A stretch of DNA of 64,000 nt, from assembly GCF_000735135.1 (NCBI RefSeq), contig NZ_JPLZ01000002.1, forward strand, positions 224,317-288,316, in the 5' to 3' direction. The stretch is from Chryseobacterium sp. FH1. GTDB taxonomy: Bacteria; Bacteroidota; Bacteroidia; Flavobacteriales; Weeksellaceae. The translations under genes and the position numbers were made by a program. Shown here piece by piece: positions 59,068-64,000 of the stretch; within the stretch, counting starts at the first letter, position 1; each line of letters opens with the position of its first letter. The notes under the pieces are model-generated. The model had not been told where the DNA came from. It made no database searches and worked only from the letters and a program-made list of their open reading frames with translations.

Positions 59068-61218
59068 ATGAAAAACAAAAAAAATACATCTCATAAAAAC
59101 GAACAGAAACTTCTGGATTTAGGAAGAACAATCCTTCGTTTTATGAATCAGAAAACCTCCAAAATCTATAATTACAAACAGATTGCGGATGGCATAGATT
59201 ACAAGAATCCAAGACAAAGAGAACTTGTAATCCAAGCGCTTCACAGATTGCAGGCGCTACAGAAAATCAAAGAAACCGAGAAAGGAAAATACATTGTCAA
59301 TCTCAATATTGAAGGGACTTTGACAGGCGTCATAGACTTCAACCAATCCGGAAATGCTTATGTGAAAGTTGAAGGAATGCCGGACGACATCTTCGTACAT
59401 CAGAAAAATGTGAAAGATGCTTTGCAAGGCGACAAAGTCCTTTTGGTAACTTACAACTTCAAAGGTAAAAAAGTGGAAGGCTCCGTTGCAGAAGTTCTGG
59501 AACGTGCAAAAGATACTTTTGTTGGGATTTTCCAGCAGATTGCAGAGAAGGATTTCGGATTTGTAGTTTTCGAAAAGAGAACGATGAATACAGATATGTT
59601 CATCTCAAAAAATCATTTCAATGGCGCACAAGACGGCGACAAGGTCATCGTCAAAATGCGTGAATGGAGACCTGGAAGTAAAAATCCAGAAGGTGAAATT
59701 ATAACCGTTCTTGGAACGCCTGGCGACCACGAAACAGAAATCCACGCGATTCTTGCCGAATATGGTTTGCCTTATAATTTCGAGCCAGAAGTGGAGCACG
59801 ACGCAGACCAAATCGACAGAAGCATCAATGATGAAGAAGTCGCAAAACGTTGGGATATGCGTGATATTTGCACCTTCACAATTGACCCGAAAGATGCGAA
59901 GGATTTCGATGATGCATTATCCATTCAGAAATTAGAAAACGGATTGTGGCAAATCGGCGTTCATATCGCAGACGTTTCGCATTACGTGAAACCGGGAACT
60001 ATTTTGGACGACGAAGCTTACAAAAGAGCAACGTCGGTCTATCTGGTAGATAGAGTAGTGCCGATGCTTCCGGAGGTTTTGAGTAATGATGTTTGTTCAC
60101 TGCGACCAAATGAAGATAAATTCACGTTCTCAGCCGTTTTCGAACTGGATGAAGATGCGAAAATTCATAAAAAATGGTTCGGCAGAACGGTAATTCACTC
60201 AGACAGAAGATTCTCATACGAGGAAGCTCAGGAAAGAATCGAAACTCAGGAAGGCGATTTGACAACAGAAATTCTTCAACTCGACAAATTAGCAAAAATC
60301 CTAAGAGCCGAAAGAATCAGAAATGGCGCAATTACGTTTGACAGAAGCGAGGTAAGATTTAACCTTGATGAGAACAGCAAACCAATCGGCGTTTACTTCA
60401 AAGTCAGCAAAGATTCCAACCATTTGATTGAGGAATTTATGCTTTTGGCCAACAAAAAAGTTTCTGAATTTATTTCATTAAACAAAAGAAACGAGCCAAC
60501 CGGAAACACCTTCATCTACAGAATCCACGACGACCCAGACCCAGCGAAATTGACCGCTTTGAGAGATTTCGTAGGGACTTTCGGTTACAAAATGGACTTG
60601 GCAAATACCCAAACCGTTGCACAATCTTTAAATAGATTATTAAGCGACGTCAAGGGAAAAGGCGAAGAAAATATGATTGAAACCTTGGCAATGAGAAGTA
60701 TGAGCAAAGCCGTTTATTCCACCGACCCGATTGGACATTACGGACTTGGCTTCGAATATTACTCGCATTTCACATCGCCAATCCGCCGTTATCCCGATTT
60801 GATTGCGCACAGATTGCTTCAGCATTATTTAGACGGTGGAAAATCGCCGAATAGGGAAGAAGTGGAAACACAGGCCAAACATTGTTCAGCAATGGAAAGA
60901 TTGGCTTCTGAGGCAGAAAGAGAAAGCATCAAATTTATGCAGGTCAAATTTATGGAAGACCACGTGGGAGAAGTTTTCACGGGCGTTATTTCCGGCGTTG
61001 CAGAATATGGTTTTTGGGTAGAAATCCCTGAAAACGGTGCAGAAGGAATGATAAAACTTCGAGATTTGGTAGATGATTCCTACTCGTTGGATGCAAAGAA
61101 TTACGCAATTATCGGTTCCAGAACCGGCAACACTTTCCGACTTGGAGACGAGGTGAAAATCAAAGTGGTAAAAGCTAATTTGATTGCAAAACAACTCGAT
61201 TTCAAGATTGTGGAGTAG
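59068..61218 (+). CDS. rnr: Ribonuclease R
   Basis: 716 aa; cold-shock-like N-terminus, RNB catalytic domain, C-terminal S1 domain. Confidence 0.85.
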   Translation: MKNKKNTSHKNEQKLLDLGRTILRFMNQKTSKIYNYKQIADGIDYKNPRQRELVIQALHRLQALQKIKETEKGKYIVNLNIEGTLTGVIDFNQSGNAYVKVEGMPDDIFVHQKNVKDALQGDKVLLVTYNFKGKKVEGSVAEVLERAKDTFVGIFQQIAEKDFGFVVFEKRTMNTDMFISKNHFNGAQDGDKVIVKMREWRPGSKNPEGEIITVLGTPGDHETEIHAILAEYGLPYNFEPEVEHDADQIDRSINDEEVAKRWDMRDICTFTIDPKDAKDFDDALSIQKLENGLWQIGVHIADVSHYVKPGTILDDEAYKRATSVYLVDRVVPMLPEVLSNDVCSLRPNEDKFTFSAVFELDEDAKIHKKWFGRTVIHSDRRFSYEEAQERIETQEGDLTTEILQLDKLAKILRAERIRNGAITFDRSEVRFNLDENSKPIGVYFKVSKDSNHLIEEFMLLANKKVSEFISLNKRNEPTGNTFIYRIHDDPDPAKLTALRDFVGTFGYKMDLANTQTVAQSLNRLLSDVKGKGEENMIETLAMRSMSKAVYSTDPIGHYGLGFEYYSHFTSPIRRYPDLIAHRLLQHYLDGGKSPNREEVETQAKHCSAMERLASEAERESIKFMQVKFMEDHVGEVFTGVISGVAEYGFWVEIPENGAEGMIKLRDLVDDSYSLDAKNYAIIGSRTGNTFRLGDEVKIKVVKANLIAKQLDFKIVE

Positions 61219-61245
61219 AAAAGATTAACCACATAGACACATAGA

Positions 61246-61284
61246 AAAAGCTAAAGTAGAAAAACTTCTATTTTAGCTTTTTCA
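61246..61284 (+). terminator. Rho-independent terminator of rnr
   Basis: AAAAAGCTAAAGTAGAAAAACTTCTATTTTAGCTTTTTC, one mismatch in the stem. Confidence 0.55.
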
Positions 61285-61414
61285 GTTTAAAACGATGTTC
61301 TATATCATTGAAGATTTCAAGTTTACATTTTCAAATCACATTATTTAAAAAGTAAAATGTATTTTTGTCTTCGTCTTTCACAAGATACATTTTGCTTTTC
61401 ACAAAAAACTAAGA

Positions 61415-62092
61415 ATGTTAGAACTCATTTTATACGCAGTCGGCCTGGGAATTATGCTTAGTTTGGTGTTCATCGGACCCATCTTTTTCCTGCTCATAGA
61501 AACCAGTTTTTCCAGAGGTCCCAGACACGCGATTGCCTTGGATATTGGTGTGGTCACTGCGGATTTACTTTGCATAGTTGTCAGTTATTACGCCAGCGCG
61601 GATTTAGTGAGCCTCATCGACAAACATCCAGGATTTTACCGGATTTCCGCCTTCCTGATTCTCATTTATGCCATTTATATGCTCCTTTCGAGGACCAAAA
61701 TGCACATCGAAGGCGAAGAAAAACTCATCGACCAAAACTACATTAAAACCTTCCTCAACGGATTTTTACTCAATTTGCTGAATATCGGCGTCGTCCTTTT
61801 CTGGCTCGTAACGGTCGTTTCCGTCCGAAATGCCTATCCAAAAGTGGAAGATTTTGTCCTGTACATTGGAATCGTAATCGGAACTTATTTGTTGATAGAC
61901 TTGTCCAAAATCATCTTAGCCAAACAATTCCACGACAGACTCAACCAACGCGTGGCCAACAAAATCCGAAAAGCTGTTGGTTGCATCCTAATGATTTTCA
62001 GTGTATTTATATTTATGCAAAGCTTCAAAAAGTTCAACAAGTTCGAAGAAAAATTAGAAAAAGCAGAGAAACAACAACCGAAAATTAAATAA
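61415..62092 (+). CDS. LysE/RhtB-family amino-acid efflux transporter
   Basis: 225 aa; six-TM profile and an N-terminal region typical of the LysE superfamily. Confidence 0.65.
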   Translation: MLELILYAVGLGIMLSLVFIGPIFFLLIETSFSRGPRHAIALDIGVVTADLLCIVVSYYASADLVSLIDKHPGFYRISAFLILIYAIYMLLSRTKMHIEGEEKLIDQNYIKTFLNGFLLNLLNIGVVLFWLVTVVSVRNAYPKVEDFVLYIGIVIGTYLLIDLSKIILAKQFHDRLNQRVANKIRKAVGCILMIFSVFIFMQSFKKFNKFEEKLEKAEKQQPKIK

Positions 62093-62097
62093 TAATT

Positions 62098-62315
62098 TGG
62101 GCGCCTTTATCCGCCCTCCGTTCCCGCTTTTTTGTGCCAAGGCTTTTCCCGAGGCTTACAAAAAGAGCTCCACTCAGGTCGGGGCGCGCTTCGCAAAGTT
62201 GAAGATTTGTCACGAATTGACACTACTTAAAAAATCGAATTTAGTCATTATTGTAATCAAAGCAAATTTTTCATTCCGTACGAATTTCAGCAGTTTAGAT
62301 TCCTACGGATGACAA
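62098..62315 (+). repeat. Intergenic repeat element, copy 3
   Basis: Blocks CTTTATCCGCCCTCCGTTCCCGC, CAGGTCGGGGCGCGC and TAGATTCCTACGGATGACAAA parallel the copies at 24.6 kb and 15.8 kb. Confidence 0.5.
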
Positions 62316-62380
62316 ATATTACACATTATTTTAGATAAAAACATCACGATCTTCCAAAAAAAATATCCTAATTTTGAAGT

Positions 62381-63421
62381 ATGCGAATAGAAAACGAAAT
62401 CAAGTTGGGGTTCAAAGATGTGATGTTTCGACCGAAGCGTTCTACACTCAAATCCCGTTCAGAAGTTACGATAGAAAGAGAATTCACTTTTCTTCACACC
62501 CAGAAAAAATGGAGTGGCGTTCCTTTGATCGCTGCGAATATGGATACTGTCGGAACTTTCGAAATGGCAGAAGCCTTATCCAAAGAAAAAATAATCACAG
62601 CCATTCACAAACATTATTCAGTTGAAGAATGGAATCAATTTTTAGCTGGAAAATCTGATAAATTCTATCAATACATCGCACTCAGCACAGGAACAGGAAA
62701 AGCGGATGAAGAGAAAATCAAAACCATTTTGGATGCCAATCCGAAAATTCAATTTCTCTGTATTGATGTTGCGAATGGATATTCTGAACATTTTGTTCAA
62801 TTTGTAAAAAAAGCAAGAGAAAATTTTCCAGATAAAATCATCATTGCTGGAAACGTCGTAACCGGCGAAATGGTAGAAGAATTGATTTTGGTGGGTGCAG
62901 ATATCATCAAGGTAGGGATTGGTCCAGGTTCGGTCTGTACAACACGTGTAAAAACCGGCGTTGGCTATCCACAGCTTTCCGCAATCATAGAATGTGCTGA
63001 TGCAGCGCATGGTCTCGGCGGACAAATCATAGGAGACGGCGGTTGCAAAGTTCCCGGTGATGTGGCAAAAGCTTTCGGTGGCGGTTCAGATTTCGTAATG
63101 CTCGGCGGGATGTTTGCCGGACACGATGAAAGTGGTGGCGAAATCGTAGAGGAAAATGGAAAAACTTTCAGGTTATTCTACGGAATGAGTTCTCAAACTG
63201 CGATGGATAAACATTCTGGTGGCGTTGCAGAATATCGAGCCTCGGAAGGAAAAACTGTGAAAGTAGAATATAAAGGTCCCGTTTCTGACACTGTGAAAGA
63301 TATTCTTGGAGGCGTTCGTTCGACTTGCACTTATGTTGGCGCTTCAAAACTGAAAGAACTTTCAAAGAGAACGACTTTTATCAGGGTTCAGGAGCAGGAA
63401 AATCAGGTTTTTAACGGTTAG
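62381..63421 (+). CDS. guaC: GMP reductase
   Basis: 346 aa; the IMPDH/GMPR-family barrel without a CBS insertion; N-terminus [29 protein letters not shown] is close to E. coli GuaC; catalytic Cys loop [11 protein letters not shown]. Confidence 0.8.
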   Translation: MRIENEIKLGFKDVMFRPKRSTLKSRSEVTIEREFTFLHTQKKWSGVPLIAANMDTVGTFEMAEALSKEKIITAIHKHYSVEEWNQFLAGKSDKFYQYIALSTGTGKADEEKIKTILDANPKIQFLCIDVANGYSEHFVQFVKKARENFPDKIIIAGNVVTGEMVEELILVGADIIKVGIGPGSVCTTRVKTGVGYPQLSAIIECADAAHGLGGQIIGDGGCKVPGDVAKAFGGGSDFVMLGGMFAGHDESGGEIVEENGKTFRLFYGMSSQTAMDKHSGGVAEYRASEGKTVKVEYKGPVSDTVKDILGGVRSTCTYVGASKLKELSKRTTFIRVQEQENQVFNG

Positions 63422-63466
63422 TTATTTTAAATTAAAAATAAAGTTTTTAACTAAAAAATTAAATAG

Positions 63467-63503
63467 AAAAAAGTCTCATCGTAAAAGATGAGACTTTCTA
63501 TTT
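63467..63503. terminator. Bidirectional rho-independent terminator
   Basis: AAAAAAGTCTCATCGTAAAAGATGAGACTTTCTATTT. Confidence 0.65.
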
Positions 63504-63508
63504 AACTA

Positions 63509-63988
63509 CTACTTCTTATTATCAGTTTGGAAATCCAAACTTACAGAATTCATACAGAATCGCGTTCCAGTTGGTGGCGGACCATCATTGAAAACATGTC
63601 CTAAGTGAGAATCGCATCGCTTGCAAAGCACTTCGATACGTTCCATTCCGTGGGTGGAATCTCGTTTGTAGCTCACACCTTCTTTGTCCGCTTCGAAGAA
63701 ACTTGGCCAGCCACAAGTGCTTGCAAATTTGGAACTTGAGCGAAACAAATGATTGCCACAAACTGCGCAATAATATTCGCCGAGTTCATCGAATTCATTG
63801 TATTTTCCGGTGAACGGATATTCTGTGTTGGCTTCTCTTGCGATGGCGTAAACTTCTGCCGGAAGGATTTTTTTCCATTCTTCGTTGGAGACGTTCAGTT
63901 TGGTTTTATCGGTTCTTGAGTAGTAGGGATTGTTTGTGTGTGTATTATCTTCCATTGTTTTTTGTTGTGGTTGTTTGGTTAAGTCCAC
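63509..63988 (-). CDS. msrB: Peptide-methionine (R)-S-oxide reductase
   Basis: 159 aa; two CxxC pairs (CAVCGNHLF / CKRCDSHLGHVF) and a GWPSF motif; the start is near the window edge and may lie at an internal Met. Confidence 0.85.
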   Translation of the reverse strand: MDLTKQPQQKTMEDNTHTNNPYYSRTDKTKLNVSNEEWKKILPAEVYAIAREANTEYPFTGKYNEFDELGEYYCAVCGNHLFRSSSKFASTCGWPSFFEADKEGVSYKRDSTHGMERIEVLCKRCDSHLGHVFNDGPPPTGTRFCMNSVSLDFQTDNKK

Positions 63989-64000
63989 TTTTTTCTGCGT

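Noticed and set aside
62097-62312. 71-aa ORF in the lysE-guaC intergenic region
   Set aside because: It lies entirely within the conserved intergenic repeat element (copy 3). It begins at the terminator-like GC hairpin and has no RBS-like context.

Overview
This 64-kb window looks like chromosomal DNA from a low-GC Bacteroidota of the class Flavobacteriia, most like Chryseobacterium or another Weeksellaceae genus. The markers for that are a SusC/SusD pair, a GLPGLI-family protein, a T9SS C-terminal sorting domain, a DUF3667 zinc-ribbon protein and a MurF-Alr fusion. Most of the window is housekeeping: folD, pgi, cydAB, rseP, tRNA-Asn, pyrD, fabG, rsmI, tdk, murF-alr, ybeY, mnmG, pgk, rpiB, rnr, guaC and msrB, plus accessory envelope and regulatory genes such as a two-component system, an ECF sigma/anti-sigma pair, a PlpD-like patatin and a BNR-repeat T9SS cargo. 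The strongest candidate for an undescribed system is a tightly packed minus-strand operon at about 25.99-35.08 kb. It encodes a YbjN-like protein, PspA/IM30, a DUF4177-like small protein, an NfeD-like membrane protein, a 704-aa flotillin and a 1613-aa protein carrying one AAA+ (AAA_5/MoxR-like) ATPase module. An XRE-family HTH regulator is transcribed divergently from it across an inverted-repeat operator. Other points worth a second look are a REP/BIME-flanked RAYT (IS200-like HuH transposase), a three-copy intergenic repeat family of about 150-200 nt, and an 18-bp CACGTG-core near-palindrome sitting exactly 64 nt upstream of two consecutive start codons. There are also duplicated palindromic terminators bracketing a serine-hydrolase gene, a short tandem-repeat array upstream of rnr, and a 680-bp AT-rich ORF-free gap next to an AlbA_2/Schlafen-like gene. 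No CRISPR array or rRNA was seen. All calls rest on reading the six-frame translations and the DNA by eye; no database search was possible.
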